Origin: Octopus sinensis
Lineage: Eukaryota
Length of the DNA stretch: 58,639 nt
Assembly: GCF_006345805.1 (NCBI RefSeq)
Contig: NW_021833085.1
Coordinates: forward strand, 1 to 58,639
Direction: 5' to 3'
The translations under genes were made by a program, and so were the position numbers. This document shows positions 26,336 through 40,646 of this stretch, in pieces. The first letter of the stretch is position 1. Every line of letters starts with the position of its first letter. The notes below the pieces were generated by a model, which was not told the DNA's origin, did no database searches, and saw only the letters and a list, made by a program, of their open reading frames with translations.

Positions 26336-28960
26336 ATTGCAGAAGAATGCCAGAGAATGGAATCGATTGACTACCAGAATGTTTGCTGCACGTAGGTCCT
26401 GGAAGCTTTAGCAATAATTAAAATATAAATCATAATAGGATGAAACTTTGAACAGTTTTCAGTATAGATCAAACAATCATGGAGCTACAGACGAAAGAGA
26501 AAATTATAAAAACTAATTTTTTAGGAGAATCGAAAGAAAACTAACCTTTTAGAAGGAGGCTCTCTCTCTGTTAGTGACTCAACCAGCTGAGGGAGAAAAA
26601 GCTTTAGAATGCCATTTCCAGCCAGAAATCATCAACTAGATGTAATGTAGCAGAAAGCATTTAGAATTTGTAGAATATCTTTTATCTTTTACTTGTTTCA
26701 CTGATTAGACTGCGACCATGATTGGGAGAAAACATTTAATGACACAGACGTGGTTTGACTCATGCCACATATTCTCGTGCAGAACGACGACTCATCGCCC
26801 TTCTTCTGTTCTACTCCAAGAATCTGTCTAAACTTTTACGCCAAGTCCCTGCTTTCGAGTTATTGACTCTACAGAGCCTTCGCCTTAGATACATCTTTCT
26901 CACATGTATCAACAAGCAATGATTGTCTCACGTAGTCTCACGGGTAAACTATAACTTCGCTTTTAGGCACAGGAATGGCTCTGTGATTAAGGAGCTCGCT
27001 TTATAACTGCGCGGTTTCGGGTTTCAGTCCCTGAAACATGGCATCTTGAGCAAGTGTTTTCCACTTATTTCCCCACGCCGACCAACGACCTGTGGGCGAA
27101 TATGACTGACGAACACTGTGTGGAAGTATGGTTGAAGAGAAACGTTAACAGTATTAATTTCATTGGTTTCAGAGGGTTTATGAAAGCCCTGAATACTGCT
27201 CCTTACGATAGGCTAGCAAGTTAAAAGATGCTTAGCTACGAGAAAAATATAGCTGCATACAAGGCACATTTGAAGTTTTTAATGTCTGAAAATTCTGTCA
27301 TTAATATGAAATACCAACAGAAAAGTGGTTGTATGCAATTTTACCAGAAAATATCCCAGAAAATGCCAAAGCGAGAATATCTTTTGTTATGCAAATCCAC
27401 CCACATATGAAGAAAAGGCAGATTGGCCGGATACACTTACCAAAGACTATCAAGAAAGGAAGTACATCCTAATCCGAATAAAGTTCTGTTGGATGATAAG
27501 GTATCTTTAAATGAAATAAAGAAATTAACAAAAATATGAAGATGTGGAAATAGTGCAAGCGAAGACGTAGCGAGTGAAAACAGCAGTGATCTTTATAAAA
27601 ATACAGCAGCAATCTTTATAAGAACACGTGCCTTAGGAATGACAGAAAAAGAGATGCTGATAAATACATCGCGCAATGAAGAGAAAATAGAGATATACAC
27701 AACATGTAGAAAATAGTTCAGTGATAAACACTAGTAATTTTAATGCATTAGAAACAATAAGACGAAAACAAAATGTAGCGCGTATCTAAGGCGCACAGAT
27801 TTGCGCTCTGTAACACGGTTAAGACACGCAGAACTGAAGACAACGAGAGATAGTGTTGAAGGGTACGTTTTTATGTGAGCGACAGACGAGGAGACATTAG
27901 GAAGAATAATTAGAAAAACGGCCACGTTGTTCGACATTTACGTACACACACACACACACACACACACATATGAGAAAGCAGGGTTGAAATACAACAATAT
28001 AATAGGAACGGAAATGGAGCGTCCTAATTAGCTGATTGTCCCATAGAGTCATTATTGGGAACCCCACGGATCCCGGATTACCCTAACTACCAAAAACTAA
28101 TTGCACTCTGCCAGCTGTAATAATAACGATTTCTAAAATAGCAAAAGGCTTCTGATACAAAGAGCATAGTTCCATTAATTGATCTTTGTTCTAGACTGGT
28201 ATTTCGTTTCAACAGCCACGGAAGGATTAAAGGTCAGGTCGACACCGCTGAGATGAAACACAAAACTTTACGAGACGTAAATAGTGCAAAGTCATCTTGT
28301 ACGGTATTTTAGCGATTCTGGTACAACACTACTCCGGTTTCTTCACCTAGGTTCATTGTTTAGCCATCGAATTGATTATTATTTCGCCAGCTGACACGAT
28401 GGTTGTTAGCTCACCGGTTAAGATGTTTAACGGTATTTCCCTCCGACCTTATATTCTGCGTTCGAATGCTTCCGAGGTCGATTTTGCTTTTCACCCTTTC
28501 AGAGTCGGAAAGACAAAATACTACTGAAACACTGGGAACAATATAATTGGCTTCGCCTTCTTCTCAAAAGAGGGTTACCCTTATTCCAAAATTAGAAAGG
28601 AATATTATAGCAAAGAGGGAATTCATTGGCCACGACCCTTTACAGGACTTCTGTACAGAGCACCGGGTCCGTCTGACCTCCACCCACAAAATTTCAGGTC
28701 TTGCACCTGTAGTAAGAAAGCATCTTTTTTTTTTCACCAGCTGTTCATTATTTCATTGACACCCAATAAGATGAAAACAAAATCACATACGTCAGGATTT
28801 GAAACCATTTTATAAAACCATTGCAAACTCCACAAACCATTTCCGTGAGACACTACCAATTACGATATCCTGAAAATAAAGTATCCTTTTATTAATACCG
28901 TATCCATATTTAAATGATGTAAAGAATATGAATGTTCGTTGTTTATTTTATTAAAATAAT

Positions 28961-29400
28961 TTGACTGTGTGGTAAGAAGCTAGGCGCAGGGGTGGATGAG
29001 TGAAAAGAAGCTTGCTTCCCAACCATGTTTCCGGGTTCAGTCCCACTGCGTGGCACCTTGGGCAACTGTCTTCTGCTACAGCCTCGGGCTGGCCAAAGCC
29101 TTGTGAGTGGATTTGGTAGAGGAAAACTGAAAGAAGCCTGTCGTAAATATATATGTAGATATGTTTACGTGTGTGTGCCTTTGTGTCTGTGTCCCTTCCC
29201 CCCACACCACCACCATCTCTTGACAGCCGATGTTGGTGTGTTTACGTCCCAGTAATTTAGCGATTCGGCACAAGCGACCGATAGAATAAGTACTAAGCTT
29301 ACAAAGAATAAGTCCTGGGGGTTGATTTCTTCCACTAAAACCCTTTCAGGCGGTGCTTCAGCATGGCCACAGCGAAAATGACAAACAAGTAAAAAATGTA
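28961..29400 (+). mobile_element. SINE family B
   Basis: CORE-like ggcaccttgggcaactgtctt and family B tail. Confidence 0.8.
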
Positions 29401-29596
29401 TAAGAATATATGCTAAAAGCATGGTAAATATTGGACACCAATTCTCTAAAACAGCGTGCATAGGTACCTTCAGGGATGGATGGTATTCTCACGTAGTCCG
29501 ATAAAGAGAGTTCTGCAATTTCTGGCTGAACAACCAGCAAAATGATTTGTTTATAATGAGCAAATGTATTATTTATACTTTTCTATTCTAGGCACA

Positions 29597-29853
29597 GTGT
29601 GGAGGCGCATGGTTTAGTGGTTAGGGTGTCAGCACCATGATCGTAAGATTGTGGTTTCGATTCCTGGACCGGGCGACGCATTGTATTCTTGAGCAAAACA
29701 CTTCATTTCGCGTTGCTCCAGTCCAGTCAGCTGGCAAAAATGAGTAACGATGCGATGGACTGGCGTCCCGTCCAGCTGGGGAACACATACGTCATATGTG
29801 TTCCCCGGGCCCATGAGCCTGCCTAGGCTTTAAAAGGACGCATTTATTTTTTT
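29597..29853 (+). mobile_element. SINE family D (tRNA head, CORE-like segment, V-domain-like motif), nested in a family A tail with 13-bp TSD
   Basis: TSD tattctaggcaca at 29584-29596 and 29854-29866. Motif gcgatggactggcgtcccgtccag resembles the V-SINE core. Confidence 0.8.
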
Positions 29854-30050
29854 TATTCTAGGCACAATGCCCGAAATTTTGCGGGAGGGGTCAGTCGATT
29901 AGATCGACTCCAGTTCGCAACTGGTACTTAATTTACCAACCCCGAAAGGATGAAATGCAAAGTCGACTTCGGCGGAATTTGAACTCAGAAAGTAAAGACA
30001 GACGAAATATCGCTAAGCACTTCGCCCGGCGTGCTAACGATTCTGCTTGC
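29854..30050 (-). mobile_element. SINE family A (tail type 2), host of the family D insertion
   Basis: Reverse-complement middle and B-box motifs. Confidence 0.8.
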
Positions 30051-30828
30051 TTGCGGTCTTCAAATGTATTATTTATAATGACCAAATGCATGTGCCGTCA
30101 AATTAGCACGGTTTACCATACACCAGGTGTCAAAGAGATCCTAGAGAACGTTAGATGAAGTGTTTTGCTCAAGAACACAAGGAATCCCACGGGTCCAGGA
30201 ACTGCACTCATGTTTTTGCAATCGTGAGTGTAACACCGACACATACATACACACACGTACACAAGCGCACCGCACACACATGTGCATAGACGCATATTTA
30301 GTGAAGGCACCTGTACAAGTGGTTAGGATAATGACGTCACGATAATAAGAACGTGTACCGGTCGGCGGGTATAAGCCTTGAGCAAGGTACCCTATTCCAC
30401 AATACTACAGTCACCTAAACTGAGTACCATCATAATTTGCGCTGCTATCCCTCACCCTGTTGACTCAGAGTGTGAATTTCGAGTGAGTATCTATGTCTGC
30501 TAGTGATTATACAAGCACCTAAAACAACTAGAAAGAGGATGGTACATGCAACCAACTTATATTCACTATCTTAATGTCAGCCATATTGCATTTTAACAAG
30601 AAGCGGTGTGATTGCAATTTCAAAGTTTCAGCCAACGGAAATACGCACACGAGATACCGCACCATACGATGTTTAAAAGTATATGAATTTCCAGATTTGA
30701 TTGTTATGAAAGTTTAATTTAATTCATTTCAACATATCTTTCCATTTTATTCCAACGCGGACATGTCGTCTTAAGCGACCATAAACCGGTAAATGTTTTC
30801 TCTACCCAGTTTTTTCTCTTCTTTTTCT

Positions 30829-30859
<31 letters not shown>

Positions 30860-30872
30860 CATGTATGTATAA

Positions 30873-30904
<32 letters not shown>

Positions 30905-31183
30905 ATATAAATACATACATACACATAAATACATAGACGTACACATGTATCACGCATATATATATATGTATGCATTTATGTATGCATGCATGCACGTATA
31001 TATGTAATGTATGCATGTATGTATGTATGTATGTATATATGTATGTATGTATTCTGGGAAGTGTAGGCCAAGGGACAAACACACCATCCACTTAACGAAG
31101 AAACGTGTCTAACATCAGAGACTGGAGACTGAAACAGCTATACAACACACTTTATTCTCATACGTTTAAACGTACGTTTAGAA

Positions 31184-31282
<99 letters not shown>

Positions 31283-31485
31283 TGTATGAGTATATTTTTG
31301 GGTAGATATGTGTGTATACTTCAAAACATAGTTGCACTGGTATGTACAAATAAATCAATGTATATGTACACAGGCAATGCGGATATATTTTCGTTGTATA
31401 TATACACAATACATACAACGAAAATACATCCGCATATGTAAATACATACATACATACATACATACATACAATATATATACATACA

Positions 31486-31539
<54 letters not shown>

Positions 31540-31591
31540 CAGATAGATAGATAGATAGATACATACATACATACATACATACATACATACA

Positions 31592-31625
<34 letters not shown>

Positions 31626-31944
31626 CATACATGCACACATAGATATATGTATGTGTGTGTATAGACAAACACCGAATATACGCATATGTTTGCACAATCA
31701 ACTGTATCGAACACTAATATGTGTACAAGTCATAATCGCTCACAAGCACATATAAACACATGTCACGTGCTATTGACATGAAAACTTTCGATTCTAATTC
31801 ATGTCCGTTATACAAATAGTCTGGACAGAAACGCTGATGGATAGGACAGTGAAAAACTTTAATCAATTCCTTAATATAATTAGCAGAATTGATGTGTTTT
31901 CACTTCTACCGTAGGAAACCTTTTCAAAGACTTCATATCAACAC

Positions 31945-31992
<48 letters not shown>

Positions 31993-32097
31993 TACGCATG
32001 TATGTATGTATGTATGTATATATATATGATACATTCATATATATGTGTGTGTGTGTGTTAATGTATGTCTATATATATATATATATATACGTATGTA

Positions 32098-32154
<57 letters not shown>

Positions 32155-32163
32155 GTATGTATC

Positions 32164-32218
<55 letters not shown>

Positions 32219-32225
32219 GTATGTA

Positions 32226-32268
<43 letters not shown>

Positions 32269-32295
32269 GTATGTATCTATATATATATACATATG

Positions 32296-32328
<33 letters not shown>

Positions 32329-33516
32329 ACGCGCACGTCTGGGAATATTCGGACGTTGTAAGCAATAGTGTCTTTGATTTTCTATTAGCCCCACTGAATC
32401 TTATGGTGGAACCACGAAGAATTTATATAACGTCACGCACCTGGAATATTTTGCTTATGAAGAGAAAGTTCTGAAGTTTTACTACTTCAATTGATTGGCT
32501 GCGTGAGCAGGCGATGGCGCCGCAGAGACGCGATGGCGGCGAATGGGAATTGCGTTGTGGTATTTTGGTCTTAAATATATTATTTCGTGTCATTCTGAGT
32601 TCAAATCGTAAAGATGTCAAGAACTGCTGTTTCGTCCATTGGCACACGCTTTGGATTCTGCTAATTCCTGATAGAACCAGGTCTTTTCTGCATAAGCTTG
32701 TCTCACAATTCTTTGACCTGCTTATGGTTGACTCCAAGAAACAAGATGTAGAACGATGGAGAAAGAAAGCAGGAAGAATCGATCTGAGTACTTGATTGGT
32801 GCATTAATGACCCTGGAAAAGTAAAAAAGCCAAATTGACTCCGGCGTGGTTAGAAATCTGAGATCACACACAGCAGTAACAAATAAAGCATGTCATTACA
32901 TTGTGCTTACATTGTTCTGTGAAGTCTTCGCCTTTATGTCTCCATGAAATATTTATCTCAAATTTTGGCACAAGGCCAACAATTGGAGAGGAGGGGTAAG
33001 TCAATTATATCGACCCCAATACGTAAGCTGGTACTTATTTTACCGACGCCGAAAGGAATTTTAACTCAGAGCATTAAGCCGAGCGAAATGTCGCTAAGCA
33101 TTTTGCCCTACATGCTAACTGTTCTACCAATTCGCTGTCTATGTGTTCATGAAATATTAATTGGTTAAGTACAGGTGGTTAATTTTTAGAGTGGTTAGAT
33201 CGTCGGTGAACATACTACGTGGTCATTTTTCTGGAATACGTTCAAATTCTGCCTAGATCATCTTTGCCGTTCGTCATTCCGGTGTAGAAAAACTAGTAAC
33301 AGCCTTGGACAGTGGGACGGGCTAGATCGTTTAAACGTTGAATTTGATGCATTGTGGTATAAAATATCGTTCTTACTTTATCCGTGATACAATCGCCTCT
33401 GATCAGGACAGGAGTGTCCCGCTTAGAACGTTCCGATTTCAAGAGTGGATCGAGTCCATCAACGCCTTCGGAGTCTTCAGTTGTTCGCCTCCAGGGTTTT
33501 CAGTTGGACAGAATCG

Positions 33517-33970
33517 TGCTGGCAGAAACGTTAGCACGCCGGGCGAAATGCTTAGCGGTATTTCGTCTGCTGTTACGTTCTGAGTTCAAATTCAGCCGAG
33601 GTCGACTTTGCCTTTCATCCTTTCGGGGTCGATAAATTAAGTACCAGTTACGCACTGGGCTCGATGTAATCGACTTAATCCCGTTGTCTGTCGTTGTTTG
33701 TCCCCTCTATGTTTAGCCCCTTGTGGGCGATAAGGAAATAAGAAATGAGCTGGCAGAAACGTTAGCGCGCCGGACGAAATGCGTAGCCGTATTTCGTCTG
33801 CCGTTACGTTCTGAGTTCAAATTTCGCCGAGACAACTTTGCCTTTCATCCTATCAGGGTCGATTAAATAAGTACCAGTTACGCACTGGGGTTGATGTAAT
33901 CGACTTAATCCCGTTGTCTGTCCTTGGTTGTCCTCTCTGTGCTTAGCCCCTTGTGGGCAATAAAGAAATA
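33517..33970 (+). mobile_element. SINE family A dimer (both tail type 1)
   Basis: Second unit begins gagctggcag at 33747, a few bases after the first tail. Confidence 0.85.
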
Positions 33971-34779
33971 AGTACTACGAGTTGTTCTGCCGCTGGCGTC
34001 AGCTGTCGTAAGACAAACATCGGAGGGAAGAAGCTGCTACACGATTTGATTAGTCTTTCACCCATACATTTGATTCTGATGCTCGATTTTCGCATCAGAG
34101 GCGCTTCCGGCGAATTCCACCAGTGTTTCCTTTGGCTTCCTCTCGACAAGACGTGTATCGCTTCAACATATTCCGGCTCTTCGTGTCCTTAGTTCAAATC
34201 CCGTTGTAGCCGACTTGTGATGTTGACCTAATCCAGGTTTAACATACATCAGCTGGTAGTTTAACTGCCTTTAGCGGAATCCATTCTGTTGTAAGCACTC
34301 AGGCTGCATCTTCGGAGTAAAGATGCCTTCCTCCCACCAATCCTGATGTTACTTGAAAGGGTCATGAGCTCTCCCCTGTCTCCTAAATAAGCGGTAAGAA
34401 AAGTACAAAGTAGATATTATCCATTCCACCTACCATCGGAAACGGTTAGCGTTGTGACTATGATGAATTTCAAAAGATATTTCGCTAAGCCCTTTTTTTA
34501 GCTAAGCCCTACGACGTTTTGAGTCCAATTCTTACCAGATTGCATAGATTATAATACATTAGAGAAAAACCCATGAAATAACACATGGGTCCGTTGTGAA
34601 TGTCTGTGGCTTCCCCTGTAAATCTATGCCTTTGTAACTATGTTAGAAATCAAAGTTACTTCTTTGATGTAGATAAATTCCCAGCCAAAATATCTTTGTT
34701 CGGTCACGTTCTTGATTTCCATTTCGATATAAATTTCTCTTTTAATACTTTGCCATAAAGAAGGCAGCTGGTAGGCTGA

Positions 34780-35420
34780 AGAGATGTCACGCTGGACAAA
34801 ATGCTTAGGAGCAATTAGTCTGTCTTTATATTGTGATTTCAAATCCCACAAAGGTCGACTTTACCTTTCATGCTTTCGGGGTCAATAAAGAAGTACCAGT
34901 TGAGCATAGGCGTCGATGAAATTTACTTAACTTTTTCTCCGAGATTGCTGGCTTTGTGCCAAAATTTGAAACTAGTATCTAAGCCAGGAAGAAGTTGGTG
35001 AGCTGACAGGATTGTTAAGGCGATTGAAACAATGTATAGCGGTATTTCTTCCTATTCATTATATCCTGTGTTCAAATATCGGGGACGACAGAATAAATAA
35101 TAGTCAAGTACTGGGGTCGATGAAAACGACTTACTCCCTCCCCTTACAATTGGTGTCCTTACGACACAATTAGAAAACCTATTTCGACCTGGAGGAAGGC
35201 GGCGATCTGGCAGATTTATTACCGCGTCGGATAAAATGCTTTGCGACGTTTCTTCCAGCTCATTTCGTTCAGAGTTCTAATATCAACGAGGTTTATTTTG
35301 CGCTTCGTCCTTTCGGGGTCGATAAAATAAAGTACATGTTGATTACTGGGGTCAATATAATCGACTTCCCCATCCTCCCTAAAAAGTATTGCACTTATAC
35401 CAAAATTGGAAAAGAATATT
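34780..35420 (+). mobile_element. Three consecutive degenerate family A SINEs
   Basis: Repeated ctttcggggtc(g/a)ataa..agtac and tail-2 motifs. Confidence 0.65.
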
Positions 35421-35464
35421 TTAGTTAGGCGTATGAGTGACTGTGTGGTAAGTAGCTTGCTTAC

Positions 35465-37465
35465 CCAGAATGCAACACTAGTTGGTCTGGACTGTTACAG
35501 TGAGCAGATGTGAGTTTCGGCTCCGCGAATAGAAAAAAAGAACAAAAAGAAAAATTGTCAGTTATGGCTCGCCATAGCGAGCAAAATACTGGGTTCTCAT
35601 CACCGTAACGGTGAATTGAGAATTTTTTTGAAAATTCTTCTTGTGAATTCTAGTGGGCGTATCTCGCCAGAAAAATAAGAAAAAGCCATTTGGATTACCT
35701 TTTGGATTACCTTTTTGGAGTATTATACAAAGGATGTGCTATTTGTGAGGTGTTTCTTTTACTTTTCCCTTCTATTTTTTCTTTCTTTCTAAATTTTGGT
35801 TCATTCTTTTCATTACTTTAATTTCAGTTTCCTCCCCTTCTCTTTTATTTCGTTTTATTTTTATTCGGCTTAATTTTTGGGCAGACTGTCTTTTGAACTA
35901 CTTTTGAACTGTTTTTTGATATGGCAGAGAAGGAACTTAAAAAGAAAAACTCTGTCTTAGATTGGGAAATTAACTCGCCTAAGCAATGGTTACAAGATAT
36001 GGAGGAGAATACGATGGTACTTAGAACGTATTCTAAAGTTCTTAATTCCATCACCGTCTTCCCAAAACAAGTCATAAAAAATGAACTTAAAGAACATTTG
36101 TCCTCTGTAAAATATATATCCCGTGGTGTCAAACATGCAACCGTATGGTTGCTGTTTGACAACGGGGAAAAGGCTCGCCAGTTTGCGAATTAGTCTTTAG
36201 AAGGCAAGGAAATTCTGTTTCTCCCGTCATATTGTGAAAGAAAATTAATACGAGACTGGGTATGTGGGCTCCCCCCAGGCATCGAAGCGGATTGGATTGA
36301 AGATACCATCCGACGGAGACTGGGGGATGGCGGGCCCAGGCTCCTAAATGTAAGATTATTGCCGGTGGTCGATTGGGAAGGGTCAAAAGCGATTTTGACT
36401 CTGTGGACCCCATCGGCCGCAACAGAACTGGTTTTTCCAGATTTCTTGAAAATGGCTGGCTGCGGGTATCCGGTGATACTTGAGGGACGTCCCCCAAAGT
36501 GTCACTCGTGCCTGCAGCCAGGCCACATTAAAAGGAATTGCCCCCAGGACCATGGTAAGCTCCTGGAACAGTCACTAGATGCCACCTCCTCTACCCGGTC
36601 AAAGGATTAAAAAGGAAGAAGGCGGGCAACAATAGTTGCCCGCCGAAGGAACCTAAGGCTTCGGAAGGCGAGGGAGAGTCTCCGGACAAAGCGGAAGATC
36701 TCCCGAAGCCAGGAAGAAAAGAAAAAAAAGAAGGAAGAAGAACGGGTCATCTCAGCGGGGAGATGGTGTGCCGACTGCAGGTCCCGAAGTTATGCCACCC
36801 ACCGTGGAAGAAACCACCCCCACCCTTAAAGATGATCAATTAATTATCTTTTTCTACAAGGGCGGGGAGGTGGAAAAAATAGTAGAAGAACATAAAGAAA
36901 CAGTAGATATGCCCTTCACACGGGATCCCGAATGGCCTCCGCAGATAGCTGTGGAGGTCATAAGGTTTCCCCTGTGGGAAAGGCTTAAAGGATTTGGGGA
37001 GGAATGTCGCATATGGCCGGGTGGCCCTTACACGACTTACATGTCCTACATGAGTGAGGCATGGGAAATGGCGGGATACAGAAACTCAAGCGGCATTGAA
37101 GATAATGATGAATATATCGATGGATATATCGAAGAGTAGGATGTGAAAGACCCTCGTTACAGGGTTTGAAACATCATCTTATTGGATTATTTTGTAGTGG
37201 TTTATAACCTCAATTTTGTGCTTTAAGAAATAAAAAAAAAAGAAGACACGTTAAGTAAGAGGTTTTAGTGCCTCATCCTTGTAAGAGGTTCGAAACCTCA
37301 TATTGATTTAAAAAAAAAAAAGAAAATATGTTTTCGAGAAAAATCCAATCGGCGGGTGTTGGGTTTAGTCTCTCATTTATTCATTATATTTCATTTTCAT
37401 TCATTAATGTATTTGTCCAGCCCGCAAAGCTCTTTGTACTGTCTATATGACACATTTATGAAATA
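35465..37465 (+). mobile_element. ~2.0-kb ORF1-only (gag-like) retroelement or retrocopy inserted in a family B SINE head
   Basis: 15-bp TSD aagtagcttg(c/a)ttac at 35450-35464 and 37466-37480. The SINE resumes to about 37850. AATAAA plus A-run at about 37229 and AATAAA at the 3' end. Confidence 0.8.
35921..37139 (+). pseudogene. Disrupted ORF1p/gag-like protein with CX2CX4HX4C zinc knuckle (L1/Tx1-like)
   Basis: One frame runs 35921-36610 with a single internal TAG (36191-36193) and EGRPPKCHSCLQPGHIKRNCP. Frameshifted K/E/P-rich linker, then a C-terminal ORF to 37139. Confidence 0.75.
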
Positions 37466-40400
37466 AAGTAGCTTGATTACGAACCACATGGTTCCGGGTT
37501 CAGTTCCACTGCGTGGCATTTTGGGCAAGTGTTTTCTACTGTAGCCTCGGGTCGACCAAATCCTTGTGAGTGGATTTGGTAGACGGAAACTGAAAGCAGT
37601 CCGTCGTATATATGTATGTATGTGTGTGTGTATATGTTTGTGTGTCTGTGTTTGTCCCCACCCCAACATCGCTTGACAACCGATGCTGGTGTGTTTACGT
37701 CCCCGTAACTTAGCGGTTCGGTAAAAGAGACCGATAGAATAAGTACTAGGCTTATAAAGAATAAGTCCTGGAGTCGATTTGCTCGACTAAAGGCGGTGCT
37801 CCAGCATGTCCACACTCAAATGACTGAAACAAGTAAAAGAGTAAAAGAGTTAGGAAGGAAGGCGTGACCCAAGACCTTTTGCAACCTTCAGAGATTGGGG
37901 TGGGTTTTGGGTAAGTTATCCTTAAAGTAGAGATCTAACCCCCAATGCATGCAACAGAACAACTCCACCAACGATCCCTATTACGCCTGGTGGTAGTGTT
38001 AAATCAGGTCATAGATTAAATATACTATCTAAATGAATCATAGTTGAATTTAAATGCAAATAGCCGGAACAAATTGGGTTCCACCAACCGCCGCCAAGGA
38101 TTGGTACTCGTTTATAGATCACAGGGTGTTGAAAGGCGAAATTTAACTCGTTAATCTAATAAACATGAACCAACAATTCTCTACGTAGTTGTTTGAGCTG
38201 CTAGAAATAGTAGCCACATCGCTCTTTCAACTCATGAACTGGTGTTGGATGATGTAGTCAAGCAAAACCCTAGAAGTAGTATGTGGTAATGCCTGAAATG
38301 ATTGTGGTCACGGTTCGCCAGTAGTGAAAGGGTGACAACCTATATATACTGTAAGCGATAACCTATATCATTTGTCATCATCCTGTAAATTTATACACGC
38401 ACCACATATACACACACACAAACAAACAGACAGACACATACGCGCACGCGTGCACACACAAACAAACAAGTAAATACACACACACACACACACACACTTA
38501 TGTAATCTTCTCAACTGACTTCTTGCTGAGTGATTTAATTGCATATGTACACCCGCTCACATGTCTATTACTATCACTATATCTCCCGCTCTCTCTCTCT
38601 CTCTCACTCTATTTCTCTCCCTCTCTCTCTCTCTCTCTATTTTCCGCTCACTCTTTCTCTTTCTCTCTCTCTCACTATTACATACATATATACATACATA
38701 CATACAAATATGGTGTGTCTAAAATTCTTGACTTTTCTAAAAGAAAAACAAAAATGACGGTAAACAAGTCCTGTTTCGTGGAAATCACATCATTAATTGT
38801 ATTCAGAGATTAAAAAAAAAATACAATTTCTGTTTATTCAGAACTAAAATTTAATAATCAATGTTTGTGCCATGATTTTCCTGAATTTTTGAGGATTTTA
38901 TTTTAGAATCCTTTTACGCGTTATGTCACCACCCGTTTTCAATAATGCACGATCTAATTTGTACCATTTTTACACGAATTTTTGCAAATAAAGAGATTAT
39001 TTGCTTTTACAATTTCTTGAATTCAGCTTTTGACTTCACGATTTACAACAAATTTTCTATAGGGTTCTTGCCTGAAGAAGTGTTCCGCCCGCCTCCATTC
39101 CGCCCCTCAATCTCAATTTCCTGATCATGTAAAAATTTATTGTCTCATTTGACAGAACTGAGTAGGAATAATTCCATGTCGCTATCTACGAAATTAAGTT
39201 CAGCAACATACCGTGTAAAGAAAGGAAAAGAAATAAAGGGTGTTTTTTTCCTCATGTTGATGTCAATGTGTTTATTGCTGCTGCTATTGCTGCTGTTGTT
39301 GTTGCTGTTGTTGTTGGTTAAGTTCAAGTCAGCCTTGATCGAGTAGACACACAATGAAAAGCATACCTGATGTGAACGTTTTCTTTCTAATTTTATTACA
39401 GAAATAGTGTACTCGGAGTAAACAAGGTCATTATAAAGTATTTGTAGAATGTTAAATTTTAAGTTTTAAATTGTATCGTATTAGTTTTATACATGATCGA
39501 ATAAATCAGTTTAATGTAGTTAGAATTCTGATTGTCAGTTTTATAACCAGCTGTCCAACAAAAAATTATGCTGCTTGTCGTTAATTAATTTACAAAAGTT
39601 TACATAATTAGTCCATCATTATTTCATGGAGACATATAATTGTTTCTAATACAGGCAGCTGGATTGAAATTTGTGAGAAGGGCTAGTCGATGCGATTGAC
39701 CTAGGTATTAGACTAGTATTTTAGTTTATCGTCCTCAGAAGGATGAAAGGATAAGCTGGAAATATACTGCGTCTAATGCAGAGATGAGCCTCTAAAAAGT
39801 TTAACTTTAAACCCTTGCAAAAGTAAGTTGTCACAAGTTCTTGTTGTCTACGGCACGTGAGATAGTAATAGATAAGGAGAGACGATCGACTGTTGTGTGG
39901 TGAAACATTTGTAAAGTTTAAGAAGATTTTAGATGTGATCTATAATAAGACTTATTTATTATGTCCCTATTGGAACATATTTTCAACTCCTTGTGACATG
40001 CGAGTAATTCATGTTTGTTACGAGATGTCTAGCTTTACGACGGAGGGTTAAAACTTAACGGTGTTCGAAAGTTCATGTTGATACAAGCTGAATAGGTGGT
40101 GTGTCTTGCACAATACGTAACATGATGTAATTCGTTCAGGTAGGAAAGTAAAAGCTGTGAAAACCGCATCCCAAAGTTGATAGAATATGAGTTGGATAGG
40201 GTCTCGGTGTTGCATGCTGCAGTGGAGCGAATCACCGGGACATCTCACTCAATGGAATTTTATTGGCAGTTAAAGATATTGGAAAGTTATTGAATAAAAG
40301 AAAGGAATGAGATATTTTCAGCTTTCTCCTTCCGTTACCTCTGAGACGTTGAGAGTTAAATTAATACATCAGTAAACTGGAATAACTGTAAGGGTTGTAT

Positions 40401-40646
40401 TTTTAGAAGCCTATGACAAGACAATGAGCCTACAACAGTAATCAGATATGGAGAATCCACGACAAGACAGAGTAAGCGATCTTGTCCATACGTTGGCGTA
40501 GATACCCATATGCATGTATATACGTATGTATGTATGTATGTATGTATGTATGTATGTATGTATGTATGTATGTATGTATGTATGTATGTATGTATGTATC
40601 TATGTATCTATCTATCTATCTATCTATGTATCTATGTATCTATGGC

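Noticed and set aside
27835-27880. CUGAAGA followed by a CAAC/GUUG hairpin
   Set aside because: GAAA is replaced by GAAG and stems I and III are poor.
33943-34192. GC-richer overlapping ORFs
   Set aside because: No recognisable domain or convincing splice sites, and partly SINE tail.
40100-40300. Possible RTE endonuclease N-terminal remnant
   Set aside because: Similarity too weak and fragmented to support without an alignment.
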